64,000 nt of DNA from Acidimicrobiales bacterium (GCA_035697145.1 DASSDL010000224.1:4484-68483); one strand, 5' to 3'; shown: positions 53,692 through 62,715, counted from the first letter of the stretch. Made by a program: numbers and translations. Notes: generated by a model from the letters alone, not told the origin.

Positions 53692-54411
53692 ATGGTTGCC
53701 GACATCGATCTCGGGCGCGTCCCGGCACATGTCGCCTGCGTGATGGACGGGAACGGCCGCTGGGCGCAGCGTCGGGGCCTACCCCGCACCGAGGGTCACG
53801 CCGCCGGCGAGCAGGCGCTGTTCGACACGGTCGAGGGGGCCCGCGACATCGGGGTCCGGTGGCTGACCGCCTGGGCGTTCTCGACCGAGAACTGGCGGCG
53901 GCCACCCGACGAGGTCCGCTATCTGATGGGCTTCAACGAGGCGCTCCTGGTGCGGCGGCGGGACGAGTTGCACGACAAGAACGTGCGGGTGCGCTTCATC
54001 GGGCGGCGCGACTGGCGGGTCCCCAGGCGCGTCCTGCGTCGCATGGACGAGACCGTCGAGCTCACCCGCCACAACACCGGCCTGACCCTCACGATGGCCT
54101 TCAACTACGGCGGCCGGGCCGAGATCCTCGACGTCGTGCGGGCGCTGGTCGCGTCCGGCACGCCAGCCGACAAGATCACCGAGAAGCGGGTACGTGACCA
54201 CCTGTACGCCCCCGACATGCCCGACCCGGATCTGGTGGTGCGCACGTCCGGGGAGTTCCGGCTCTCCAACTTCATGCTCTGGGAGCTCGCCTACAGCGAG
54301 CTGGTCTTCACCGACGTGCTGTGGCCCGACTTCCGGCGGGAGCACCTGTTCGACGCCATCCGCGAGTACCAGAGCCGAGACCGCCGCTTCGGGGGCGTAC
54401 GCGCCCCATAG
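53692..54411 (+). CDS. uppS: isoprenyl (undecaprenyl/decaprenyl) diphosphate synthase
   Basis: HVACVMDGNGRWAQRRGLPRTEGH, WAFSTENWRRP, RTSGEFRLSNFMLWELAYSE. Confidence 0.9.
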   Translation: MVADIDLGRVPAHVACVMDGNGRWAQRRGLPRTEGHAAGEQALFDTVEGARDIGVRWLTAWAFSTENWRRPPDEVRYLMGFNEALLVRRRDELHDKNVRVRFIGRRDWRVPRRVLRRMDETVELTRHNTGLTLTMAFNYGGRAEILDVVRALVASGTPADKITEKRVRDHLYAPDMPDPDLVVRTSGEFRLSNFMLWELAYSELVFTDVLWPDFRREHLFDAIREYQSRDRRFGGVRAP

Positions 54412-54413
54412 TC

Positions 54414-55130
54414 GTGCCTCTCTACGACGACCGAGGGGTCGTGCTGCGAACCCACAAGTTGGGTGAGGCCGACCGCATCGTCGTCCTGCTCACCCGGGGG
54501 CACGGCAAGGTGCGGGCGGTGGCCAAGGGGGTACGCAAGACCAAGAGCCGGTTCGGCGGCCGGCTCGAGCCGCCGTGCCACGTCGACCTGCTGCTCTACG
54601 AGGGCCGCGAGCTCGACATCGTGAGCCAGGCCGAGACCGTCGACCACTTCCGAACCGTGCGTGACGACCTGGACCGGCTGGGCCGGGCGGTGTCGATGCT
54701 CGAGGCCGCCGACCAGCTGGCGCTGGAGCGACAACCCAACGCCCGGCTGTACGACATGCTGGTCGGCGCCCTGCGCGCCCTGGCGGAGCAGGACGCGCCG
54801 CTGGTGGTGGCGGGGTTCTTCCTCAAGGTCCTGGCGCTCGAGGGGTTCGGGCCCAACGTCGAGGCGTGTGTCGTCTGCGGTTCGCCCGGGCCACTGGTGT
54901 CGTGGGCGATCGAGGAGGGCGGCCTGCGCTGCAGCGCCCACAGGCAGGGACCGGCCGTCAGCCCCGAGGCGGTCGAGGTGCTCCAGCAGGTCCTCGGCGG
55001 CCGCCTGGGGACCGCCCTCAACGAGACCCGGCCGCCGGTGGTGGCGGAGGTGGATCACTTGGCGACGCGCGCGCTGGAACACCAGCTGGAGCGGCGGCTG
55101 CGCTCGGTCACCGCGTTCCACCGCGCCTGA
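54414..55130 (+). CDS. recO: DNA repair protein RecO
   Basis: GTG 54414. PLYDDRGVVLRTHKLGEADRIVVLLTRGHGKVRAVAKGVRKTKSRFGGRLEP. CxxC...C zinc motif (CVVCGSPG...LRCSAH). Confidence 0.9.
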   Translation: MPLYDDRGVVLRTHKLGEADRIVVLLTRGHGKVRAVAKGVRKTKSRFGGRLEPPCHVDLLLYEGRELDIVSQAETVDHFRTVRDDLDRLGRAVSMLEAADQLALERQPNARLYDMLVGALRALAEQDAPLVVAGFFLKVLALEGFGPNVEACVVCGSPGPLVSWAIEEGGLRCSAHRQGPAVSPEAVEVLQQVLGGRLGTALNETRPPVVAEVDHLATRALEHQLERRLRSVTAFHRA

Positions 55131-55163
55131 CTCCCGCCGCGGGAGGTTCCCGGGCTGGGAGGG

Positions 55164-56279
55164 TTAGAGCGCCTTCCACTCCTTGGCGGCGTCGTCCCAC
55201 CCCAGCCAGTAGCCCCGCTCGGCGGACCACAGGATGTACGTGCCGCGCGCTGGATCCCATTGCGGGTTGTAGCCGGGGGTGCCCGTCTCGGCCGTCGCCG
55301 CCTCGGCCGTCGCCGCCTCGGCTTGGGGCTGCTCGCTGGTCGGGGCATCCCTGGCCGTGGCCTCGGCCGAGGGCTCGACTTCCTCGACTGGCGCCGGTTC
55401 GAGTGAGGGAGCGGCCTGGGCCAACGGATCTCGTAGCTGCGACGGTTCCCGTGGCTCGATCGGCTCGGCGGCACCGGGTGGGGTCGACTCCGGGGCCGGC
55501 GCCTGTTGCGGCGTGCCCTCCGGCGGCGGCGCACCCCAAGTCGGTGGCGGCCCCCAGGCCGGCGGCGGGGCCGATGTCTGCGGCGGCTCGCTCGGCGGTG
55601 GACCTGGCGGCCCGCCCCAACCGGTGCCCGGCCCACCAGGCGCCACCGGACCACCGGGATATCCGGGATAGGCGGGGTAGCCCGGCGTCATCCCGGGGAC
55701 GACGATGGGGTGTCCCATGTACTGACTGCCGACCACGAAGGTCTTGGCCGCCATGTCGCCGACGCGCCGATGACCCTTGCTGGTCAGCGCCACGATGAAC
55801 CCGACCAGGCCGGCGCACAGGTCGTCGACGATGAGCAGCAGCCAGCGGATGATCGCCCGGCCGATCCCTGGGGCTCGCCCGTCCTCCGCAACGGTCCGGA
55901 TCCCGAAGAGCAGCTTGCCGGGCGTCCAGCCCCTGAGGCCCTGGATCAGGACGTAGATGAGGATGCTCAGGCCGAGGCCGACGGCCCACGGCGCCACCGG
56001 GACCCCGTCGCTGAAGTACACCCGATCGCCGACATCGACGCAGACCCCCTCCTCCTGGTCCATGTAGTCCTCGCAGAAGTCCATCCCCGACTGGTCGAGC
56101 TCGGATTCCTCGAGGAACTCGAGGTCGTTCGTGAACAGCGCCACCGATGGCGCCAGGATGATGACGGAGTCGACGACCCAGGCGGCCACCCGGCGGCCCA
56201 TCACGGCCGTCGGGTCACCCGCCGGGAGTCCCGGCGCGTACGACGGCTCGGTCGCCGGGTAGGGATAGGAGGAGGTCAT
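55164..56279 (-). CDS. RDD-family membrane protein with Pro-rich linker and small C-terminal W-rich domain
   Basis: GRRVAAWVVDSVIILAP ... HRRVGDMAAKTFVV (RDD domain ends), a PGYPAYPGYPGGP low-complexity stretch, EAATAEAATAE repeat, tail GYNPQWDPARGTYILWSAERGYWLGWDDAAKEWKAL. Confidence 0.8.
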   Translation of the reverse strand: MTSSYPYPATEPSYAPGLPAGDPTAVMGRRVAAWVVDSVIILAPSVALFTNDLEFLEESELDQSGMDFCEDYMDQEEGVCVDVGDRVYFSDGVPVAPWAVGLGLSILIYVLIQGLRGWTPGKLLFGIRTVAEDGRAPGIGRAIIRWLLLIVDDLCAGLVGFIVALTSKGHRRVGDMAAKTFVVGSQYMGHPIVVPGMTPGYPAYPGYPGGPVAPGGPGTGWGGPPGPPPSEPPQTSAPPPAWGPPPTWGAPPPEGTPQQAPAPESTPPGAAEPIEPREPSQLRDPLAQAAPSLEPAPVEEVEPSAEATARDAPTSEQPQAEAATAEAATAETGTPGYNPQWDPARGTYILWSAERGYWLGWDDAAKEWKAL

Positions 56280-56311
56280 TGGCGCACCCTTCGGGATGCG
56301 CCAATGACCTC
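56272..56311. promoter_or_regulatory. 15-bp perfect inverted repeat with UUCG-type centre spanning the RDD start codon
   Basis: GAGGTCATTGGCGCA (56272-56286) - CCCTTCGGGA - TGCGCCAATGACCTC (56297-56311). The ATG of the RDD gene (56279..56277) lies inside one arm. Confidence 0.6.
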
Positions 56312-56468
56312 ATCGCCGCTTCGCGGCGAGTAGAGCACTGTGCTTGTCGTTCGCTCGCTTCGCTCCCTCACCAGCGCGTGTCTACCACCGCATCGGCTGG
56401 TGCTCGTGAGATCAGCGGCGCCCAATGGCGGTCTGGGTGCCCGGCGGCGGTCCGTACACTTGAGCGCC

Positions 56469-57806
56469 ATGTCCCCGGCCCCCGATCCCTCCTTGTTCGA
56501 CAAGGTCGTCAACCTCTGCAAGCGGCGCGGCTTCGTGTTCCCGTCGGCCGAGATCTACGGCGGCTTTCGCTCCACCTACGACTACGGGCCGGTGGGCGTG
56601 CTGCTGCTGCGCAACGTCAAGGAGGCGTGGTGGCGCTCGATGGTGCAGCTACGCCACGACGTCGTGGGGCTCGACGCCGCCATCCTTTCGCCCCCCGCCA
56701 TCTGGGAGGCCTCGGGCCACCTCCAGAACTTCACCGACCCCCTGGTGGACTGCCGCAACTGCCGCGAGCGATTCCGCCTCGACAAGCTCGACGATCCCAA
56801 CGAGTGCCCCAACTGCCACGCCAAGGGCAGCTTCACCGAAGCCCGCCAGTTCAACCTCATGTTCAAGACCTATGCCGGCCCGGTCGAAGGAACCGGTGCC
56901 GAGGTCTACCTGCGGCCCGAGACCGCGCAGGGCATGTTCGTGAACTTCAAGAACGTGCTGGAGACGTCGCGCAAGCGCCCGCCCTTCGGTATCGCTCAGA
57001 TCGGCAAGTCGTTCCGCAACGAGATCACGACCGGCAACTTCGTGTTCCGCACCCGCGAGTTCGAGCAGATGGAGATGGAGTACTTCGTGCCGCCCGACGA
57101 GGCCGGCCAGTGGTACGAGTACTGGTGCAACGAGCGCCTGCAGTGGTACGTGGACCTCGGCATCCCCAAGGACCTGCTGCGGTTGCGGCCCCATGACAAG
57201 GATGAGCTGTCGCACTACTCGGCGGCCACGTCCGATGTGGAGTTCCTGTTCCCCTGGGGCTGGGACGAGTTGGAGGGCATCGCCAACCGCACCGACTACG
57301 ACCTGACCCAGCACGCCCGGGCGTCGGGCGAGAGCCTCGACTACTTCGACCAGGCGCTCGGCGAGCGCTACGTCCCCTACGTCATCGAGCCGGCGGCCGG
57401 CGCGACCCGCACCGCCATGGCGTTCCTCATGGCGGCGTACGACGAGGAGGACGTGGCCCGCGAGGGCCAGGGTCAGGGGGAGAGCCGCACCGTGCTGCGC
57501 TTCCACCACCGCATCGCGCCGTACAAGGTGGCGGTGCTGCCCCTGTCCAAGAAGCCGGAGCTGCAGGAGCCGGCGAACGAGGTGCTCGGCCTGCTCCAGC
57601 CGCATTTCATGTGCGACTACGACGAGACCCAGGCCATCGGGCGCCGCTATCGGCGACAGGACGAGCTGGGCACGCCTTATTGCGTGACCATCGACTTCGA
57701 GACGCTCGAAGACCGAGCGGTCACCGTGCGGGACCGCGACTCGATGGCGCAGGATCGGGTGCCGATCGACGCGCTGCTCGACCACCTGGGCCCGAAGCTG
57801 TCCTGA
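56469..57806 (+). CDS. glyQS: glycine--tRNA ligase (dimeric class II)
   Basis: MSPAPDPSLFDKVVNLCKRRGFVFPSAEIYGGFRSTYDYGPVGVLL..., RPETAQGMF, FRNEITTGNFVFRTREFEQMEMEYF. Confidence 0.95.
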   Translation: MSPAPDPSLFDKVVNLCKRRGFVFPSAEIYGGFRSTYDYGPVGVLLLRNVKEAWWRSMVQLRHDVVGLDAAILSPPAIWEASGHLQNFTDPLVDCRNCRERFRLDKLDDPNECPNCHAKGSFTEARQFNLMFKTYAGPVEGTGAEVYLRPETAQGMFVNFKNVLETSRKRPPFGIAQIGKSFRNEITTGNFVFRTREFEQMEMEYFVPPDEAGQWYEYWCNERLQWYVDLGIPKDLLRLRPHDKDELSHYSAATSDVEFLFPWGWDELEGIANRTDYDLTQHARASGESLDYFDQALGERYVPYVIEPAAGATRTAMAFLMAAYDEEDVAREGQGQGESRTVLRFHHRIAPYKVAVLPLSKKPELQEPANEVLGLLQPHFMCDYDETQAIGRRYRRQDELGTPYCVTIDFETLEDRAVTVRDRDSMAQDRVPIDALLDHLGPKLS

Positions 57807-59781
57807 CACCACCGGGGCCCTCGGCGATCCAGATCATGCTGCGGCCCGACACCGCGGGTGCACGGGGCTCGTCGTCCTCGATGCGGTCGAGGCGGTAGCC
57901 CAGCCGCGCCGGGACCGCGGCGCTGGCGACGTTGGCCTCGTCCCAGTGGATCTCCACCCGCTCGACGTCCGGAAGCGTCCAGGCCGCTTGGGTGAGCGCT
58001 CTGGCGGCGGCCGTGGCATGGCCGCGCCGGGTGTGGTCGACGTGGACCCAGTACCCGATCTCGATGGCCCCCGGACCGATTCGGCGCATGAGCCCGCAGC
58101 CCCCGATGATGCGCCGCTCATCGGCGGGAAGGATGGCGAACTCGTAGTCGCTGCCGTCGGCCCAGCTGGCATCCGCCATCACCAACCGGTCGCGCTGCAT
58201 GGACGTCTCGGTGGCGACCGGGACCGCCCACGGCATCCAGTGACGCAGGTGGTCGAGACTCTCGCGTACCGCCTCGGCGAACGCCTCGGCATCGCGCGGG
58301 CGCGCCCGGCGCAGCACCGCCCCGCTGGCCGTCTGCATGCGCTCCGGCGGGCCGTGCCCGGTGGCAACGGGCGCTCGAGCCGCCGACCGGGCCGGCGCGG
58401 GATGCATCCGCACACCGATGCCCGCGGCCAGTTCTCGGTCGGCCCAGGCGTAGGCGGCCGCCGCCCGGGGCGCGAGAGGCGGCCCCACCGGCGTGGCGCC
58501 CGACGCAGCGGTGAAGCGGATGAAGCCGCCCTGACTCGACGGGCCGGTGGTGACGACGCCGTTGGCCTCGTCGGCGCCGGTTGCGGCCTGGCAGCCGTCG
58601 TCCGAGACGACGACCGGGTGCTCGCGGGTCTCGCGCCAGCGTGCCCGCCCGGTCACCCATCCGCCCCCCGCTCGGTGGTCGTCCGCGGCCGCCACGATGG
58701 TCGCCTCCAGCTCGTCGGCTGGCACGGGGCACGGCCATCCGGCGGCGACCGCCCAGTGGAGTGCCAGGAACGGCAGCTCGGGCACGCCCCCGACCAGGGG
58801 TGTGACGCCGGCGCCGAGGCGCGGATTGAGCTCGGTCGGCCGGAAGCCGTCGTCGGTGAGCACCCCGTCGACCGTGTAGGTACCAAGGAACTGCACCTCG
58901 TCCCGCAGCAGCGAGCCCACCAGCCGCGCCACGATCCGCATCTTCGCCCGGTCGGCCTCAGGCGGATCAAAGAAGGTGGCGGCTCCGCCGTAGTGCAGGG
59001 TGGGCGGATCGGCCGACCGCAGCGTGATCGCCTCCACTGGTCGGAACACCGCCACGCCGTCGTCGGTGGCGAAGCCATGGATGTTGCAGGGTGTTCCCTC
59101 CAGGAACGGCGCCACGCGCACCGACCGGCAACGGTTGGCGAACCAGCGCTGGGTGTCGTCGGCCTGGGCTCCGTCGGTCACCCAGTGCACGAAGGCGCCG
59201 CCGCCGTTGAAGCCCTCGCGGGCGTCGCCCGACCAGACTGTGCCTCGTCCCCGGTCCAGCCGCCCCGCGGCGGCGCCGAGGGCAGCGCGGTCGTCGGCGG
59301 CCACGATCTCGGATGGCGGACGATCGACGCCGGCGCGGTCGAAGAGCGCGTCGTTGGTCGTCTTGTCCTCGAGGGCCACCCACTCCGTCCGCCGTCCGCC
59401 CACCACCGGCCGACCGGCGATCGCCTTGACGGCCTGGAACGGGGCGGTGAGCAAAAGCGCGTCGCCGCGCGGGTCGAAGCGGTCGAGGGCATCAGTCAGG
59501 TCGGCGGGCGGATCGGTGGCCAGGCGTTCGAACCTGCGGAACTCGCACACCGGGTGGGACGCCCGGATGTCCAGGTCGATCCATTCGGCGTGTTCGGGGT
59601 CGGGCAGGTCGCCCGTTCCGAGCGTGGTACCCACGACTAGGACACGCCCAGCGCCCAGGCTGCGCAGCTGGTTGATCCAACCGGGGGTCCCGGCGACGGG
59701 CATCCCCGCCAGCACGATCCGTCGACCGCCGATCCAGTCCCGGACCGCCTCGCGGATGCGTTCGGCGACGGGTCGTGTCAT
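57721..59781 (-). CDS. fusion protein: N-terminal ATP-grasp-like ligase domain + C-terminal GNAT (RimJ/RimL-type) acetyltransferase
   Basis: 686 aa. The N-terminal ~450 aa carry FLEGTPCNIHGF and RPTELNPRLGAG (ATP-grasp E-x-N type motif). The C-terminus carries LRRARPRDAEAF...IGGCGL...IGYWVHVDHTRRGHATAAARAL...ANVASAAVPARLGY (GNAT). Confidence 0.65.
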   Translation of the reverse strand: MTRPVAERIREAVRDWIGGRRIVLAGMPVAGTPGWINQLRSLGAGRVLVVGTTLGTGDLPDPEHAEWIDLDIRASHPVCEFRRFERLATDPPADLTDALDRFDPRGDALLLTAPFQAVKAIAGRPVVGGRRTEWVALEDKTTNDALFDRAGVDRPPSEIVAADDRAALGAAAGRLDRGRGTVWSGDAREGFNGGGAFVHWVTDGAQADDTQRWFANRCRSVRVAPFLEGTPCNIHGFATDDGVAVFRPVEAITLRSADPPTLHYGGAATFFDPPEADRAKMRIVARLVGSLLRDEVQFLGTYTVDGVLTDDGFRPTELNPRLGAGVTPLVGGVPELPFLALHWAVAAGWPCPVPADELEATIVAAADDHRAGGGWVTGRARWRETREHPVVVSDDGCQAATGADEANGVVTTGPSSQGGFIRFTAASGATPVGPPLAPRAAAAYAWADRELAAGIGVRMHPAPARSAARAPVATGHGPPERMQTASGAVLRRARPRDAEAFAEAVRESLDHLRHWMPWAVPVATETSMQRDRLVMADASWADGSDYEFAILPADERRIIGGCGLMRRIGPGAIEIGYWVHVDHTRRGHATAAARALTQAAWTLPDVERVEIHWDEANVASAAVPARLGYRLDRIEDDEPRAPAVSGRSMIWIAEGPGGVRTASGPGGRAARRSAPDPAPSSRGPAR

Positions 59782-59782
59782 G

Positions 59783-60301
59783 TCAGTCTTCGCCTCGACG
59801 GATGTGGCGGGCGTGTGTGCGCAGGATCTCGCTCGACCGGGTGAGCATGTCGACGAACACCGCCAACTCGTCGTCCGAGTAGTCGCCGTGCAGGGCCCGC
59901 ATGTCGGCGATCAGGCCGCCGAACATCGGCCGGGTCCGCGCCATCGCTTCGGGCACCAGGCGCACGATCACCCGCCGGCGATCGCCCGGGTCGCGCTCCC
60001 GCCGGACGAAGCCGGCGCTCTCCAACCGATCGAGCACGCCGGTGACGGCGCCCGTCGTCAGCCCCGTGAGCTCGGCGAGCTGGCCCGCCGTGAGCGGCTC
60101 GGGCTGAGCCTCGTCGAGCAGCAGCACGCACCCCCAGTCGGTCGAGTGCAGGCCCAACCGGTCGGCGCAGGCTGCGAGCAGCATCGACGACGAGTTGCCG
60201 AACGACCGTCCGGCGACCAGGAGGGCGCCAAACAGCTCGGCGCGGCGTGCGGCGGCGTTCACGTGAACCTCCTCTCGTGACGGCTCGGCATCGGTGTGCA
60301 A
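59783..60301 (-). CDS. MarR-family transcriptional regulator
   Basis: LTAGQLAELTGLTTGAVTGVLDRLESAGFVRRERDPGDRRRVIV (winged HTH). The stop lies 1 nt before the ATG of the ATP-grasp::GNAT gene. Confidence 0.85.
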   Translation of the reverse strand: MHTDAEPSREEVHVNAAARRAELFGALLVAGRSFGNSSSMLLAACADRLGLHSTDWGCVLLLDEAQPEPLTAGQLAELTGLTTGAVTGVLDRLESAGFVRRERDPGDRRRVIVRLVPEAMARTRPMFGGLIADMRALHGDYSDDELAVFVDMLTRSSEILRTHARHIRRGED

Positions 60302-60335
60302 CTCTGGGTCGACCCCAAAGTAATAGCTCTTGCGG

Positions 60336-60348
60336 CTGAGAGTCTCAG
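60336..60348. promoter_or_regulatory. palindrome in the MarR/MMPL divergent intergenic region (operator candidate)
   Basis: CTGAGA-G-TCTCAG, a perfect 6+1+6 palindrome in the lower-GC stretch between the MarR start (60301) and the MMPL start (60451). Confidence 0.3.
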
Positions 60349-60450
60349 TCGTTAAGGTAAATCACCTTCCGCCGCGACAACACAGAGAGCGGACGACCCG
60401 CACGATCGTCCGTTCTGTCCGCCCGGTGTTCTGTCAACGGAGGTTGCCCC

Positions 60451-62643
60451 ATGCTGCAGCGCCTCGCCCGCTTCTGTTACCGGCGTCGGTGGCGGGTCCT
60501 GGGTGGCTGGGTCGTCTTGCTGGTCGGCCTGTTCGCGCTCAACTCGACCGTCGGTGGCAAGTTCCTGGATGAGTTCGACCTACCGGGATCCGAGAGCCAG
60601 GAGGCGGTCGACCTCCTCGAGGGGCACGGCTTCAACGACCGCGCGGGCGCCACGGGCCAGATCGTCTTCAAGGCCGACGACGTCACCGACGCCACGGTCC
60701 AACGCGAGATGGAGCCGCTGTTCGACCAGATCGCCGAGATCACCGCCCCCAGCCAGGTGGTGAGCCCCTACAGCGACGAGGGCGCCCACCAGATCAGCTC
60801 GCGCGGCCCTGAGGCCGGCAAGATCGCCTACGCCGAGGTCAACCTCACCGACCGCGACAGCGACGAGCTGTACGACATCGGGACGGAGGCCCGGGAGGCG
60901 GTCGCCAACGCCGACATACCCGGCGTCCAGGTGGAGCTCGGTGGTGACATCGCCTTCGAGCAGGCGGAGTTCTCGAGCGAGGTGATCGGCTTCGTCGCCG
61001 CGCTGATCATCCTGCTCATCGCCTTCGGTTCGCTGCTGGCTGCGGGCTTGCCGCTCGTCACCGCCATCTTCGGCATCGTCACCGGCATCGCCATCGTCGG
61101 GCTGGCGGTCAACGTCATCGGCATGCCGAGCTTCTCGAACCAGGCCGTGGCGATGATCGGCATCGGTGTCGGCATCGACTACGCCCTGTTCATCGTCACC
61201 CGCTATCGCGAGGGCCTGAGCGAGGGGCTGACGCCGGAGTGCGCGACGATGCGCGCCCTCGACACCGCCGGCCGGGCCGTGCTCTTCGCGGGCTGCACGG
61301 TGATCATCGCCATCCTCGGCCTGTTCACCATCGGCCTGGAGATGATCCGGGGCTTGGCGGTCGGCATCTCTATCGGCGTGCTCATGACGATGCTCGCGTC
61401 GCTCACGCTCCTGCCGGCCATCCTCGGGTTCGTCGGCACCAACATCGACAGGCTCGGGCTGCCCCACCGCCGGCGCGCCGAGCGTGCCGGTCGGCAGTCG
61501 TTCTGGTACCGCTGGAGCCGGGTGATCCAGCGCCGGCCCTGGCCGGCCCTGCTTGCCTCCGCGGCCGTCCTGCTCCTGCTGACGATTCCACTCTTCGGCA
61601 TGCGGCTGGGTTTCGGCGATGCCGGCAACCAACCGACCGACTTCACCGTCCGGCGGGCCTACGACCTGATGTCCGAGGGCTTCGGCCCCGGGGCCAACGG
61701 GCCGTTGCTGCTCGCCGCCGAGACGCCGGGCGGTCAGTCCGACCTGCAGGCGCTCGAGGGCCTGTCCCGGGACCTCAACCAGGCCGAGGGAGTCGTCTTC
61801 GCGACGGCGCCGATCCCCAACGAATCCGGCGATGCGGCCATCATCCAGGTGCAGCCGACCACGTCGCCCCAGGACAAGGAGACCGCACATCTGGTGAACC
61901 GCCTACGCGACGACGTCATCCCCGATGCCGTCGCGGGCACGACCGCCGACGTGAAGGTCGGTGGCGCGACGGCGGCCGTCGTGGACTTCTCGAGATACAT
62001 CTCCGAACGTCTGCCCTGGTTCATCGCCGCCGTGCTCGTGCTGTCGTTCGCCCTGTTGATGCTCGCATTCCGCAGCCTGCTGGTGCCGCTCAAGGCGGTG
62101 ATCATGAACCTGCTGTCGGTCGGCGCCGCCTACGGGATCCTCGTGGCGGTCTTCCAGTGGGGCTGGGGGGACAGCCTGCTGGGTGTTGGTCGTGAGGGCC
62201 CCATCGAGGCCTGGATCCCGATGTTCCTGTTCGCCGTGATCTTCGGCCTGTCGATGGACTACGAGGTGTTCCTCCTGTCGCGCATCCGGGAGGAGTACGA
62301 CCGCACGCACGACAACGGCACCGCGGTCGCCAACGGGCTGGCCGTGACCGCCAGGGTCATCACCGCGGCCGCGGCGATCATGTTCTGCGTCTTCTTCAGC
62401 TTCGTGCTCGGCGACGATCGGTCGCTGAAGATGTTCGGGTTCGGGTTGGCCGTGGCGGTGCTGATCGATGCCACGGTCGTCCGGCTCGTGCTCGTGCCCG
62501 CCACGCTGGAGCTGCTGGGCGACCGCAACTGGTGGCTGCCGCGGTGGCTCGACCGCATCCTGCCGGTCGTCCACGTCGAGGCCGACGAGGAGGTGGTTGC
62601 CGGTACCGCCCCCGAGCTGCGCGAACCCGAGAAGGTGGGCTGA
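60451..62643 (+). CDS. MMPL-family (RND superfamily) membrane transporter
   Basis: 730 aa. MLQRLARFCYRRRWRVLGGWVVLLVGLFAL, two 5-6 TM bundles each followed by a soluble loop, GIDYALFIVTRYRE / GLSMDYEVFLLSRIREE motifs. Confidence 0.9.
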   Translation: MLQRLARFCYRRRWRVLGGWVVLLVGLFALNSTVGGKFLDEFDLPGSESQEAVDLLEGHGFNDRAGATGQIVFKADDVTDATVQREMEPLFDQIAEITAPSQVVSPYSDEGAHQISSRGPEAGKIAYAEVNLTDRDSDELYDIGTEAREAVANADIPGVQVELGGDIAFEQAEFSSEVIGFVAALIILLIAFGSLLAAGLPLVTAIFGIVTGIAIVGLAVNVIGMPSFSNQAVAMIGIGVGIDYALFIVTRYREGLSEGLTPECATMRALDTAGRAVLFAGCTVIIAILGLFTIGLEMIRGLAVGISIGVLMTMLASLTLLPAILGFVGTNIDRLGLPHRRRAERAGRQSFWYRWSRVIQRRPWPALLASAAVLLLLTIPLFGMRLGFGDAGNQPTDFTVRRAYDLMSEGFGPGANGPLLLAAETPGGQSDLQALEGLSRDLNQAEGVVFATAPIPNESGDAAIIQVQPTTSPQDKETAHLVNRLRDDVIPDAVAGTTADVKVGGATAAVVDFSRYISERLPWFIAAVLVLSFALLMLAFRSLLVPLKAVIMNLLSVGAAYGILVAVFQWGWGDSLLGVGREGPIEAWIPMFLFAVIFGLSMDYEVFLLSRIREEYDRTHDNGTAVANGLAVTARVITAAAAIMFCVFFSFVLGDDRSLKMFGFGLAVAVLIDATVVRLVLVPATLELLGDRNWWLPRWLDRILPVVHVEADEEVVAGTAPELREPEKVG

Positions 62644-62662
62644 GCGCCGAGCTGCCCGAAAT

Positions 62663-62708
62663 ACCTGCCGCGGGATTGGTGGCTGGAGCAACCAATCCCG
62701 CGGCAGGT
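62663..62708. terminator. bidirectional intrinsic terminator between MMPL and arfB
   Basis: ACCTGCCGCGGGATTGGT (62663-62680) pairs perfectly with ACCAATCCCGCGGCAGGT (62691-62708): 18-bp stem, 10-nt loop, TTT after it and AAAT before it. Confidence 0.75.
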
Positions 62709-62715
62709 TTCCTCC

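Noticed and set aside
55287-55322. Tandem 15-nt repeat CTCGGCCGTCGCCGC x2 (+ partial).
   Set aside because: It lies inside the RDD gene and encodes the EAATAEAATAE low-complexity linker. It is not a CRISPR array or a regulatory repeat.
56304-56333. 9-codon + strand ORF (MTSSPLRGE) mirroring the RDD N-terminus (MTSSYP).
   Set aside because: The shared MTSS is a by-product of the 15-bp inverted repeat. There is no SD sequence, and it is too short to support as a gene.
56340-56400. Possible third, degenerate copy of the mini-ORF repeat (reverse strand GGTGAGGGAGCGAAGCGAGCGAACG...GCGAAGCGGCGATGAGG).
   Set aside because: It shares only short GAGCGA/GCGAAGC words with the two clear copies, does not bridge two cistrons, and has no ATGA-to-ATGA ORF. 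The similarity could be compositional.
56280-56468. Possible glycine T-box riboswitch upstream of glyQS.
   Set aside because: There is no AGAGA/GNUGGNACCGCG-type T-box sequence (only a weak GGGTGCCCGGCG), no recognisable specifier loop presenting GGC, and no terminator or SD-sequestering helix. It is kept only as a structured region of unknown function.
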